64,000 nt of DNA, taken from positions 1 to 64,000 of the IMG/VR virus record IMGVR_UViG_3300025127_000009. One strand, written 5' to 3'. A program made the position numbers and the translations under genes. The stretch is from a virus. Positions 27,501-38,200 of this stretch are shown one piece after another. The notes beneath the pieces are model-generated. The model was not told where the DNA came from, did no database searches, and saw only the letters and a program-made list of their open reading frames with translations. The first letter of the stretch is position 1, and each line of letters opens with the position of its first letter.

Positions 27501-29330
27501 TCTGGCAGAGGCAGCGGGTGGTCTTGAACTAAATTCAAACACGCCATCAGACATGGCTGGGGTGGCGTCCATCATGCCAGCGGCCATACCGCCGCGTGCG
27601 GTAGGTTGATTCATATTAACAAAACCAGCGCCCGGATATTGATCTGGATTATCTAAAACCATATATTGCTTTGGTTGGACATGGCCATATAAATAACTTG
27701 CCCAGGTCCAATCTTCATCCGTGTCATTATTCCATCTTCTTACTCCTGAGCCCATCTGCTCAGTATTTAGCGCATATAGTTCATGTTTAATCGAAGTTGC
27801 CAATTTATTCATCACGTTGAATTGTTCATGACAATTTCGTATATTTCTCCAAAAAACTGGATGAAATATATCTTCTTTTTCCGTTTGGGCGATTATACCC
27901 GCTTTGTTAAACAAATTAAATCTATTGAAGAATAGTCCGCCAGCATCGATGTTGTTCTCTACGAGTCGGGCTAGATCTTCTGAATTCCTGGCAGCATAAG
28001 GTCCTACATACAATTCCCCCGATGTGGAATCAAACTGAGTGGCGACATATCTGTTCGCTGTAGGTGCCCAATTATCTGTCAGTAAACTTATGTATGCAAT
28101 TCGATAATTAGGCTCACCTAAATCTTCAGAGGCAATTTGTCCCCAGCGATCACTTTGATCACCTTTTCTGTTTACTTTCATAAAAGTAGCGAATGTTTCA
28201 TCCAAAAGTCCACTGTCAGAAACTGAAGGCACTTCATTATTAATAAAATACAAAGAAGACCCTCTTTTGTGAAAGCGCTCTCTCATAAGATGCGCTGCTC
28301 CGGTTTCTTCGTGTCTTCTGTTCGTTCGGAAATCTACAGAACCTCGGTACTTTTGAGGACCGGCACCCTTAAAAAAAGATGGCCCGTCTAAATGACTTGT
28401 GTTTATCCACATCTTGTTTGATAGTAATCTTACTGGATCTACAATTTTATGCTCTCTCGTTGTGAGGTTTCCGGATTCGCTCAATACCTCTCGAATAGTA
28501 CCTTTGGCCACTGAAACAGCCTGTCGTCTAAAGACTTCGTACATCTTAGCAACGTGAGGTGGTACAGAGTTCGGCTGGCCGTATCGAAGCGGACTATGAA
28601 AGTTGTACCAAGTGTTTGGAGTTTTAAAATAATTGCCTTCAGCGGGTGTGTCATCTCGCGTGTGAATTGTTCTATTAATTTTATGTGTTACTATGTCTTC
28701 TGCAGTTCTCGTAGCACCCATTAATAAAGAATCGTTAAAAAGCCACGTTGATCTTTGCCAAGCAGTGTCTCTGCCTTCTAAAATTTCTACAAAAGCAGCC
28801 TCGCTTTGTAAGGCTAAATCTGTTCCAGCGATAGTTCTTTTACTTTTATTGTTTAGGAGATCTTGTCTGGCCTCTGCAACGCTAACACCTGGGTTCATTC
28901 TTCTTAGAAGACTTAGAGAAAAATTATAAGGTTGCAAAAATTCATTTATTCCCATTTCTCCGTTGTTTATTCTTGCCAATATTGCTTCTTCATTTAACAA
29001 CTCAAGAAGATTGGCTATTATTTCTTCTGTAAGTGGAGTATTGTCATCAATACCGTACCTGTTTAAATCAATACCTTGGAGTTGTGGAGGTAATTCAAGG
29101 CCACCGTCAGCGTTAAGTCCAGTGCCTGGACTTGCGCCATCACCTGTTGCTATATTGTTGGTACCGTCTGCCAGTCCTTGCACAAAAGGTGCTTCACTAG
29201 TTTCTTCATCAGGATCAGGTATGCCACCACCATCACCATCACCGGCACCACCAGCACCTCCGGTTCCGTCATCACCAGTGCCGTCACCGGCTCCATCTTC
29301 TAATTCATCTATACACGGATCACTACTCAT
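24558..29330 (-). CDS. Large probable tail/baseplate protein with degenerate Fn3-like modules (1,590 aa)
   Basis: FVDTQIKYGEVYEYQV and FVDNILPNKKYYYVFRTED resemble Fn3 E/F strands; Asp/Gly-rich N-terminus; GAGG SD. Confidence 0.6.
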   Translation of the reverse strand: MSSDPCIDELEDGAGDGTGDDGTGGAGGAGDGDGGGIPDPDEETSEAPFVQGLADGTNNIATGDGASPGTGLNADGGLELPPQLQGIDLNRYGIDDNTPLTEEIIANLLELLNEEAILARINNGEMGINEFLQPYNFSLSLLRRMNPGVSVAEARQDLLNNKSKRTIAGTDLALQSEAAFVEILEGRDTAWQRSTWLFNDSLLMGATRTAEDIVTHKINRTIHTRDDTPAEGNYFKTPNTWYNFHSPLRYGQPNSVPPHVAKMYEVFRRQAVSVAKGTIREVLSESGNLTTREHKIVDPVRLLSNKMWINTSHLDGPSFFKGAGPQKYRGSVDFRTNRRHEETGAAHLMRERFHKRGSSLYFINNEVPSVSDSGLLDETFATFMKVNRKGDQSDRWGQIASEDLGEPNYRIAYISLLTDNWAPTANRYVATQFDSTSGELYVGPYAARNSEDLARLVENNIDAGGLFFNRFNLFNKAGIIAQTEKEDIFHPVFWRNIRNCHEQFNVMNKLATSIKHELYALNTEQMGSGVRRWNNDTDEDWTWASYLYGHVQPKQYMVLDNPDQYPGAGFVNMNQPTARGGMAAGMMDATPAMSDGVFEFSSRPPAASARSLRNRVRENYANGVYNRENLIDNLYADYGLRRALNMNMYPVFPFWGAAFAMQDSCRPYPVDSDGPTKTYDAGSRTGHPYQIPPPTVGKFIFEDYCTNVPDALLAEETKTNRFAGNHVGNPATVSIKPVYNYYDCLYENYFAHPAHGIPEVELPSPYLFDYKTLIDNMTKEGNSMIDNQAYRRLLLLRFAMMGSIKDRQGLGLTGGSESIAIGSLESTRLENLREQLGYGANVTDAAAQAAMYNSVVGVIGDMQDPLKVRDMAYQMSNVYGFDMAPPGASSKTEYISMFDNEAYRVEVSDAGDGYPNYTRDFFLSSLPKEKLEEAYERRNLNQMFVEFEIDSLGKSQIADALTFNGDDSIIQRLFTTLNPVSQMGYFNQGQSISDSILNPSSIYNQAGTVEEQQDSVLASGGPGREQSFARSFRRSGGTTFSYVKQMAISEMYNHVYEQSSHRVNKNILLGNTTSTLKDYSDNYPIYPVDESGNDKYVNMIDFSHWFGLVMGELSSVYYSSPLKKFESIFKLLKIKANVSRILNDKVRSWKQMIQGVPAANEVLGYMISKSKVKSDGSTVHISNFWIMGRNDKDVQKFVDTQIKYGEVYEYQVHQIVAIIGNNYSYLDPLGHNGGETRNAIYDYDPEEMFDHYLLERVRPQNKQHSVFPFGVVNMPCLKIATLPSHTKRVAVADRPPIYPNVDIIPFKNESTKILFNLSSNTGKTRTAPVFLQADDVAQFYISLLNQGVEDTLFKTYDQVLPSAYTDGIKLTWAEYFKDNPLEIKRALLEFKSDDPATTFEIFRVDFHPTKYEDFRNNMIRRIEGTADNAGFVDNILPNKKYYYVFRTEDVHGHVSNPSHIYEVELATINEAVRPIIKVVEPTGGREEVGRLGESSFKLRQFFSLRPALLQKRLRVPDEGIFKGSNLEREGRLERALATPRGFDNSVFGKKFKMRIKSKRTGKEIDINIKFNLKKRDKREEDTEENPQTLC

Positions 29331-29379
29331 AACTAATAAACCTCATGACTAATTATAACTCAACTTAAAATATTTCTCC

Positions 29380-32300
29380 CTAGTAACCACCGCCGCTGCC
29401 GCCGCCGGGTATTGTTGGTCTTGTTATAGCGGTGACTGGCGCTCTTGGGCTAGACCTAAATCTGCTGGTGCTCATTTGCGGAGATGACTGCACAGACAAC
29501 ACTGGTGAGTTGTTCATTTGTGCCATGACAGCGGGAGACATCGATGGCGCTCTAGGCCCTCGCGGTGAATTAGGATTAATCGCTCGGGACACCGCTTGAA
29601 AATTTATTGGCGTATTTTGATTGATCTCTGCGATTGCGAGAGGAATCATTTGCGATTCTTGACCAACTTCATTAACCGCTTCTCGGGCCGGTGGGCCTGG
29701 ATCATGAAACGCTCTAGCGACAACTCCGCGTGCAGTCATCTGTCTTCTTCCCTCGGCTGAAGTAAAATCGGCTTGGCGTAGAGTGAGACGAGTTTGTAAA
29801 TCTTGATGTATATCTGGCCCTACCTTTAAAGCAAAGTTGTTTTCTCCTGGAGGTATCTTGACAGAATTTACCGAAAACCCATTAATAGAATCTATCAACA
29901 AATTTGGATCTCTTGTAGTATCGTATAAGCGATTAGCCTCTGCTATTTCTGTAACTGGAACATAACTAATGACGTCTCCTCGATTTATTGCTGCTTGAAG
30001 ATCTGTGGCGTTTGTTGCTAGTCGAGTAGGTTGGTTTCCGCTTCTAGGTGTAATTCCAACAAACATCATACCTTCTCTCAATATTTGTGAATCTCTTACT
30101 GCCTGTTCCTCTAATACATCATTTACATTTTGCATCGCCGCTCCTTCGATGTTTGGTTGTGGGGGAGTATTTGGCACATCATAAACTGTTCTTACCTGGT
30201 CATAAAAAGAAGTCAAAGATTGCTCTCTTTCAAAATCTTCTTCGTCAGATTGAATCGACTGGTTTTCCGCTTCTGTATTTACATAAAGGCCGCATTCATT
30301 AAAATCTCCAACATTAACTTTTCTAGATGGAACGATCAAAGGCTTAAATCCATTCTCTTCCAGACGGCTTTCTTGAGAAAAATCTATATAGCGTTGCATT
30401 TGCCCCATAATTGTGCCGTCTACTAACCCTAATGTGTAGTTTCTAATTGTATCATAGACAACCCCTTGAACAAACTGAGCGGCTGCTTCAGTATTCTGTC
30501 CTGGAAGCGTCAAACCTCTTGCTTCCATAATAACACTGGAAATCTGTTCTAGCACTGCGGCGGAGGCAACGCGGCCATGCCTATTTTGAACTTTAACAAG
30601 TTCTCGTTTAAAATCGTCTAGTATCCTTATCTGTTCAGTAGTTTCTGCAAGGATTGGAATAGGATCGTCTCGTTCAATTGGCACTCCTTCGCCAACTAGC
30701 CCACCCTCTCCTGTGATAGCGCGAAATCCATCTGCATCACGCTGTTGCAAATAACTGGATTGCCTATAGGGGACTATTCTTCGCCCATTGTCACCAGGCG
30801 GATACATTCTATCCATATCCTCTTTAGAATAAAAGACTTCTAATGTGTTAGTGCCAATTATCAATGATTGAGGAAGCAAAACCATAGGTGCTGATGAGCC
30901 AGTGTGGCCTCTTGTTCTTAAAGAGCCGAGTAATCGACTCGCAGTGGCGCTATCTCCTCCCCCTTGCATCGCGGTCTGTATCCGTGCCAGAGTAGTTGTA
31001 TATTGCCTAGAAAGATAACTATCTATATTTTCAGACTCGCCACCGGCTGTGACGTCGCCTCTGACTCTAACACCACTGGATGAGATACGAAGAGGATCTA
31101 ATGGATAGGTATAGTTTAAACCTGCTAATTCTTCTTGTTTATCAAAATTTAAATATGTGGTATCACTATTGAAAACTTCAAACAATTGCTTACGATCCCC
31201 TAAATGCGCGGCAGGATTTTCTGGGTCGTGCATATACTCCGTACTTATCTTTCTATAACGATTTTCTGGTAGTAATCTTTCAACCTCTATTATTCGCTTT
31301 GTGCCCTTAGCGGCAGAAAAACCAGCACCTTCAATATCAAATCCTCCGCCCAAATCTTTAAATCCAAAAAAGTTTTCAAGTGATAGTACTATTTGTTCAT
31401 AAGCAGTTATAAAAGTTTGTATTGTCTCTGGGGTGCTATTTTGTGGTTTAAGCATGTTTAAAAACATTGCCCTTGCTGTTTCTCTGTCATATTCGCCTGC
31501 CTCTTGCAAACTATTTAAAGAATCAAAGGCCTGTACAGGATCTACATAATCTTCGCTTGTTTGTATAGATGTAGTGCTACCGGGAGTTGCTGAAAATTTT
31601 GCTTGGGCAAAAGACAAAGAAACTAGATTAAGATATTCATCAACTGCTGGAACGAATATTCTACTCTCTAGTCTGCTATCCACAATTTTTTGTACAAAAC
31701 TTGAATCAAAAGTTCCCGTTCTTCTATTATAATTTCCATACGTTACAGTAGAGCCTGGCTTTACACCTTCTCCTGACAAGCCCATTGGCAAAGCATCGTC
31801 GTTTATTTCAACATAAAATGAATCTTCGACTGGAATAGAAGCGATTTTAAGATAATCTTGCAATTCTGTCAAAAGATATCTAGAATACTTCAACTCTTCT
31901 TTGAAATAATCACTTGTTTCATCCTGTAAGGTCATTCTTATTCCATATTGATACACGCCACCTGTAGATGCCAGACCTCCCGCTGTATAATCTATCGCTT
32001 TAAAAGATACCATACCTAAAGCGCTATCTTCAAGTGTTACAACTCTGTTTGTGCGACCAAGTTTCCAGGTGCCTACAACGTGTACTGGTTCGTTTTGCTC
32101 GTCATAAGGAGAGTGCCTTGAAACAGAAAGTTTATTATTGTCAGTACGTCCGGATGACATTCGACGCCTATACACTTGAACAGTAATTAATTTTAACCTA
32201 CGAGTCACCCAATCCTCTAGACCTATGTAATCTTCATAAGGGCTTGAATCAACAGTTCTGGTGCCGCCTTGATTAGTAAGAACATTATAATCTTTCCATA

Positions 32301-33960
32301 TTTTTTCTTGTCCTTTATTTAACTCTTCAAGAGTTATGGATCCACGGCCATTGTCATATTGCCTATAGAGTTCACTGCTGGCAGCATCTGCAGCGGCTCG
32401 ATCAAAATTTCTGTTTCTAGTTAAAACAAAGTGCGGGTATTCATCAATTCCAGGCAAACCGTCATTGTGTCTAATTGTAAGTTTGGAGCGCTTATCTAAT
32501 GCTTCAATTAATGGATATAATCTTGCATTGTTTCTATAGATGTCAAGCATATTTACTTGGAAATGAATACTCGCTTGACCATTTACAGTGTGAAACTGTG
32601 TGTAAGCATCATATATACCAAAAAAATTTTTGTTTCTTTTACTAAGGTAGTTATCGATTAAAAGACTTGAGGCTTGAAGGTTTGAGTCCCCTTGTTGCAA
32701 TTCTATAGAAGGAGGTTGAAAGTGTGTCATTTTAGACCTTTCGATTTTTCTTAAGTCTTGAACTTTTGTTCTGGGTACGAAAGTTCTTATTAACTCTCTG
32801 CTATCAGGTGTGTGTACTAAACCGCTCATAACGCCACCACCTTGCATATTATGCACAGGCCCCACATAGGCTTCTCCTGTTGCCACATCGCGGTAGACTA
32901 AAGATTGTGATTCTACTTTATTGTTTCTTGTAATTCTATCATAAGTAATGTCACCTATAAAATGACCCAGTTGACTCACCAGTCTGTCATTAACATCATT
33001 TCGTGAATCTAAAGATATTATGCTTGAGAAATCAAAATAAGTAAAACAAAAAAGATCTAAATTGGCACCACTATATTTATCTGTTGAAAGGTTAAACGTT
33101 TTATTATAAGGTATAACATTAACTAAATTATTCTCACTATCATACGTTTGATATTGCGAATTTGCAAGTTCTAATCCGATTGATTGTGGTCTGCCATCCA
33201 TAACTGAAAAAATTGCTTTATGCATGCCTGGGGCATTTATAGACCTGTTTGTTATTTGGGACGTTTTTCTAACTAATCTTTCATAAAAAGTACCTTCATT
33301 GTTGGGTCGTGGCATTTTTTTGCCCTGCGCTATTAAATTAGAATCTACTAAAAATTGATAAATTTGTTGACTTGCCTCTGGTGATGTGGTTAGAACTAAC
33401 CCTATTTTTAAGGCACTAAGCACTTCTTCTCTAAATTGATTATTTTGCTCGCCTGCTATGGCTCCTCTGCTTGCATATCTGCCTGACATTGATGTGACTT
33501 GTTGTGGAGCGACTGACATGTGTTTAGCAATATTTCCTCTCGCATTATTAGGGGGAAGTTCTTCATTTTGTGTTTGTGAAAATATACCAATAGTCCCGTC
33601 TTTTAGGACATCTTTTATATTAAAATCAATAGACACTCCAAGCGCAGGTTTAGGAGCGCCTCTGATGGCCTGCCCGCCTGCTGCTAAGTTAGGAAAAAGT
33701 TGAGAATATTGTGGAATATGTCTACTAGCAAAATCGTGTTTTTGAGCGTCAGACAAGCCTCGCAAAAAGGGACTAGTATACCACCAACTATCTTCAGGAA
33801 TTGGCTGAGAGTCGCCAAGAATTAGCGGATCATTCCCAATCCTTCCTGAAACTGAATATTCTTGTTGGGTTGATAGAGAATCTTCTAAAGTAATTCTTCG
33901 AGTGTATATTTTTGGAAGAAATTGTCCTACTATTGCACCAGGTGTAGAATAATTAGTCAT
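29380..33960 (-). CDS. Large probable virion protein (about 1,526 aa)
   Basis: Long ORF; ATG 33960 overlaps the upstream stop (ATGACTAA); Pro/Ser/Arg-rich tail ending GGGSGGGY; no family recognised. Confidence 0.6.
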   Translation of the reverse strand: MTNYSTPGAIVGQFLPKIYTRRITLEDSLSTQQEYSVSGRIGNDPLILGDSQPIPEDSWWYTSPFLRGLSDAQKHDFASRHIPQYSQLFPNLAAGGQAIRGAPKPALGVSIDFNIKDVLKDGTIGIFSQTQNEELPPNNARGNIAKHMSVAPQQVTSMSGRYASRGAIAGEQNNQFREEVLSALKIGLVLTTSPEASQQIYQFLVDSNLIAQGKKMPRPNNEGTFYERLVRKTSQITNRSINAPGMHKAIFSVMDGRPQSIGLELANSQYQTYDSENNLVNVIPYNKTFNLSTDKYSGANLDLFCFTYFDFSSIISLDSRNDVNDRLVSQLGHFIGDITYDRITRNNKVESQSLVYRDVATGEAYVGPVHNMQGGGVMSGLVHTPDSRELIRTFVPRTKVQDLRKIERSKMTHFQPPSIELQQGDSNLQASSLLIDNYLSKRNKNFFGIYDAYTQFHTVNGQASIHFQVNMLDIYRNNARLYPLIEALDKRSKLTIRHNDGLPGIDEYPHFVLTRNRNFDRAAADAASSELYRQYDNGRGSITLEELNKGQEKIWKDYNVLTNQGGTRTVDSSPYEDYIGLEDWVTRRLKLITVQVYRRRMSSGRTDNNKLSVSRHSPYDEQNEPVHVVGTWKLGRTNRVVTLEDSALGMVSFKAIDYTAGGLASTGGVYQYGIRMTLQDETSDYFKEELKYSRYLLTELQDYLKIASIPVEDSFYVEINDDALPMGLSGEGVKPGSTVTYGNYNRRTGTFDSSFVQKIVDSRLESRIFVPAVDEYLNLVSLSFAQAKFSATPGSTTSIQTSEDYVDPVQAFDSLNSLQEAGEYDRETARAMFLNMLKPQNSTPETIQTFITAYEQIVLSLENFFGFKDLGGGFDIEGAGFSAAKGTKRIIEVERLLPENRYRKISTEYMHDPENPAAHLGDRKQLFEVFNSDTTYLNFDKQEELAGLNYTYPLDPLRISSSGVRVRGDVTAGGESENIDSYLSRQYTTTLARIQTAMQGGGDSATASRLLGSLRTRGHTGSSAPMVLLPQSLIIGTNTLEVFYSKEDMDRMYPPGDNGRRIVPYRQSSYLQQRDADGFRAITGEGGLVGEGVPIERDDPIPILAETTEQIRILDDFKRELVKVQNRHGRVASAAVLEQISSVIMEARGLTLPGQNTEAAAQFVQGVVYDTIRNYTLGLVDGTIMGQMQRYIDFSQESRLEENGFKPLIVPSRKVNVGDFNECGLYVNTEAENQSIQSDEEDFEREQSLTSFYDQVRTVYDVPNTPPQPNIEGAAMQNVNDVLEEQAVRDSQILREGMMFVGITPRSGNQPTRLATNATDLQAAINRGDVISYVPVTEIAEANRLYDTTRDPNLLIDSINGFSVNSVKIPPGENNFALKVGPDIHQDLQTRLTLRQADFTSAEGRRQMTARGVVARAFHDPGPPAREAVNEVGQESQMIPLAIAEINQNTPINFQAVSRAINPNSPRGPRAPSMSPAVMAQMNNSPVLSVQSSPQMSTSRFRSSPRAPVTAITRPTIPGGGSGGGY

Positions 33961-35206
33961 CGCAAATATCCTCTTCATCGCCTAATGATACAGGCCTGTT
34001 TTCATTGTTTGCAGATGACGGTCCACCAGTTGCTCCAGAGTCAGTTTGTACTGGTATACCCGTATCCTCTCCTGCATCATCCAGTACGCCGGTACGGCTT
34101 TGACCTATTTCTCCCATTGAGCCCAACGTTCTTGGTATCGTATTGATTGGATCGCCATCGGCAAAAGATGCCAACAAACCTGCGCGACGTAATTCGTCTA
34201 AGCGCTTATAATAATCGGATATTGCATTAGAAAACATATCTCTAAGTTTGTCTCTGTTTATGCCTCTCAAATCAAAGCCATAAAACTCGGCTAAATCTTG
34301 ATCTGTCATCATGTCAAAGTAATGCTCTATATATTCATATCCTGCTTCAGCAATTGAGTCACTGTTTGCACTATCAAGAAATTCGTTATTTGTTGTATAC
34401 ATTGGTATTAGTTCTTCTTCTGTAACAGTTCCATTTGGGTTTCGAAAATTTGGCCCTCTTTCTACCTCATAAAACTCGATTTCAAAGTTTTCTAAATCAT
34501 AATCAACATTATCTTCGATAACACTAAAAATCATAACACCCTCATCAACTGTTAGTTTTATATCGTCTACAAAACTAAACTCTCTTTCTAAGCCGGTATA
34601 CCTATTTTCAAATTGATCGCTTGTTATATTATAGTCTGGATGGTTTGATCCTAGTCTCTCTACGTTTAAGGTGTGATCTACCTCATATTCTAATACAGGC
34701 CTTTTCATACCTATGTGAGGGGAAGAAGAACTAACATTAACACTTTTTATCTGCCCATGCAACAAACTATCTAATTCCCAAGAAGGAACACCTTGCTCTC
34801 CAATTGTTGAATTACCTAAAAAGTTTCTTACTAGTTTCCTGTCATCAGCACCCATTTTTTCATCATACATGTGATCGGTGCCATATAACATTTCAGAGGG
34901 AGTACCCACAACGTCATTAAACCTATCTATTTTGTATGCTTTAAGTTTCGCAACCCTTGTCTCAACGCCTTCTTGATCGTAAAGAACTTTTAAGCGTTGC
35001 GTGTCTCTTTGAATTCTTTTAGATGTTTCTTTTCCAGTTTCATTAAACTTATCTGTATCCGAATTAACATACGCATTGTTATACAGTATTTCATCATCAG
35101 AAAAAGTATAGAAAACTGGCTTGAATTTACCCTTTGATAGTAAGTATTTGCCAAACTGAGTTAACTCAATGTCGATAACGTCTTCTTTTTTGTTAAAAAA
35201 CGACAA
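33953..35206 (-). CDS. Virion structural protein (417 aa, TTG start)
   Basis: N-terminal IELTQFGKYLLSKGKFKPVFYTFSDDEILY resembles the 343-aa protein; GAGGG SD. Confidence 0.65.
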   Translation of the reverse strand: MSFFNKKEDVIDIELTQFGKYLLSKGKFKPVFYTFSDDEILYNNAYVNSDTDKFNETGKETSKRIQRDTQRLKVLYDQEGVETRVAKLKAYKIDRFNDVVGTPSEMLYGTDHMYDEKMGADDRKLVRNFLGNSTIGEQGVPSWELDSLLHGQIKSVNVSSSSPHIGMKRPVLEYEVDHTLNVERLGSNHPDYNITSDQFENRYTGLEREFSFVDDIKLTVDEGVMIFSVIEDNVDYDLENFEIEFYEVERGPNFRNPNGTVTEEELIPMYTTNNEFLDSANSDSIAEAGYEYIEHYFDMMTDQDLAEFYGFDLRGINRDKLRDMFSNAISDYYKRLDELRRAGLLASFADGDPINTIPRTLGSMGEIGQSRTGVLDDAGEDTGIPVQTDSGATGGPSSANNENRPVSLGDEEDICDD

Positions 35207-35224
35207 CTGCAGACCCTCTTAAAA

Positions 35225-38200
35225 TTACCTTGGCGCTCTACCTAAAAGATGCTTCAATTGCACCAGGCCAGATGCATCAGGAACAATTAACGACCTCTTA
35301 AACTTAAATTCAACTTCTGCATCCAAATTAATTAGTTCTACAAGAGAAAAATAATCATAGGGCCAGTTAAAACCATAATTAAACTTATCCTTTTCAATTG
35401 ACACAATTTTCTCTGGGTGACCATCTGGCAATCTATCTAATTGCTTTTTCCTAAAAAAGTCTGTCTCTGCTTTTTGTTTGACTTTAAAAACCATCCATTG
35501 TAATTTTTGAGATATGCCTCCCTTCCAGCCGTTAACTCTCCATCCTGTTCTGGGCACTTCTGTTAAAGAGACATTTGGATTTAATAAATCTTCAGCACCA
35601 AAAAGTTCGTGACTAACTGTAACTTCTTGTATTGTTTGCTCTCCACCGTTACGCCTGGCTTGGCCAAAAGCAAAATCTAGTCCAATATCTGGAGTTGTAT
35701 TTTGCCAAATTCTTGCTATATCCTGCTTTGACAACGTAACATCAAAAGGAAAGATATACATTGCAAAAGGCTCTATATATTTTCCATTCTTATCATTATA
35801 CTTTAAGAAATTTAACTGTGGAGGTATATTATACCTCAACATATTTTTTACCATTTCTGCGACGGAGTTTCTAACAGGTACTTTCGTCACTCCATCATTC
35901 AAAGTTCTTCTTGGATCATCTTGATCAGAGAAAAGTATATTATCTAATATGCCTGCGTTAGTTCTTTGATCAGCAATATCTTGCTCAGTTAGTTGTTTAT
36001 AATTAGGAAATCCCTGATCTCTGACTGCCTGATATACTTCTTCTTCTGGAAGTTTGAAAAACTGTTTTGTATTTTGTGACGTTACAAAAGGAATAGCAAC
36101 AACTGCTTCTGAAATTACTCTTTGTTCTGGCATTTTACCAATGATGCCATCGCCTTCTAATTGCACACCTAGTAAAGATTTCAGATCTCTTTTGTATCTA
36201 GACGGCCTCTTGTTCCCTATTATACTGACTCTTGGTCTCAGAGCGTTTTCTCCAAAATCACCAGACTGATGCCAAATACCCTTAATTTTAGGTAAATGCT
36301 GAACTGTCTTGTCTGTTCTCGGTTGGTTTGAAGTGACTTTTGTGAAATCAAATGTTGGGCATTCGAATTTAGTTTGTATAACTAAAGATCTCTTACCAGA
36401 TATTGGCTCACCATTGACATTGTAAGATTGAACAAACGCAGTTTCATTGTCTGCACTTAAGCCATAAAAACTTTCTGACAATTGCATAGCAAATCTTTTA
36501 TTGTAAGAGGGAACTGTCTTCCTGTTGTTTGACTTACCAGATCCTCTGTGACCGACAGAACCAGTGGCTCTAATCTGCCTACTATACACAACTTCTGTAT
36601 CTCTAAGAACAGACTCAACTGAATCATAAACTACATCGTCCTGTGGGGTAAACGTGTAATCTACAAATGCAACTTTATCATATTGAGGTGGGGTATATGG
36701 ACTAAAACCATAACCAACCTGTGTCAAGGATCTAGGAAGGTCATTTCCAAATATTTGAGTTCTAGAACTGCCCGCATCAACAGGAGGTCCAAAAGCAGCC
36801 GGGTTATTATACATGGGATTGTCACCAGGTCGGTTTCTTTCTTCAGCGACATCAGCCCTAACTAAAGATATCTGCATCTTGTATGGTATATTTCCACCTA
36901 TGCGGTCGTCAACTTCATGAACCACTGCTTCCTTTAACTCATCTGATGACCTTATTGTTACACCTGTTCGATTTTCTATGAAAAAATTTAGACTTTCAGC
37001 ATAAAAATTGTGCGCGGCTGCAGCGTAAAGAGACGATTTAGATTTTGCCAAATCCATATTAAATGTAGCCAGATTTGATGCTGAGTGTTTTGGTAAACCC
37101 ATAACAAATCTATCATCGCTTGAATATTCAGAAGTCACTCCGTCTGCTCTTAGAGGATTAAAATCTGATTTAAATACAAACTTATCTTTACTTGTCCCAT
37201 CTGTGCCAACAAAACGACGATTTCTTAAGAAAGTTGCATTCAAACTTGCACTTGGGTGTGGCTCCATATCATAAAACAAGGCAGTATTAACTTCACCGTC
37301 ATCTCCCATTGGGGGAGTAAATATTTCTGGTTCAATTATTGCCTCGAACGGTATTCTCACCGCTTTTCTAATACCAGTATTACCATGCAAACTTCTCCAT
37401 CCGTGTGAAAAAACGGTTGAATCATCACCAGAACCTGTAAAATGACTTATTCCGTAACTTGCTGAACCAATTCTTGGTATTGAATTGTCATCAGTAAAGT
37501 TGTGTTTACTTCCTTGTATGTAAGATGGTAATCTGACTGCACCAGTTATCTGCAAAGCAAAATCTTTAAATGTTCCTTCAAATGCTATTACATTTTTTTC
37601 TTGACCAAAATCGTCTGGTGTCCAATAATCTCCGCTCGCAACACCGCGTGTTTGAGACTTAAAAGGAAACCTCCAAGTCTTGTACCTAAATGCTGCACTC
37701 CTTGCGGCACCAAAACTGGCTGCACCAGCAAGAGTTGCTAGACCTGGATTTTCCGTAGAGTGATAAATATATGTATATTGATATGGATTTGACACATCTA
37801 CAATACCATTCCATCTTTGCCTTTGTTTTTCCATAGCAGGAATATCATTTACAATTGAACCTGACCAATCCGTAAACCCGTAAAATGTACCTGATAAAAA
37901 GTTTTTAGTAAAAGGAAAATCTTCTCTTAAGCCGTATGCGTTGACACTGCCTGTTTGCGCTGTAATAACTTTTCCACTGTGTAACGGCTGAGCGTGATTG
38001 AAGACAGGCAATCTGTTTGTTGTTGCGTGGCGACCACCTGCTGCATTTTGTGCTTCATTAGTTGTTTTTTTGTTATACCCAGTGTCATTACCAGGTCTAT
38101 ACCAGGCTACGATGTTATCATGTTTTGATTTATCAATTATAGTGTAAGGGTTAGTAGGCCCAATAAATTTTCCACTTGAATTAACTCTAGGTCTTGAGGG

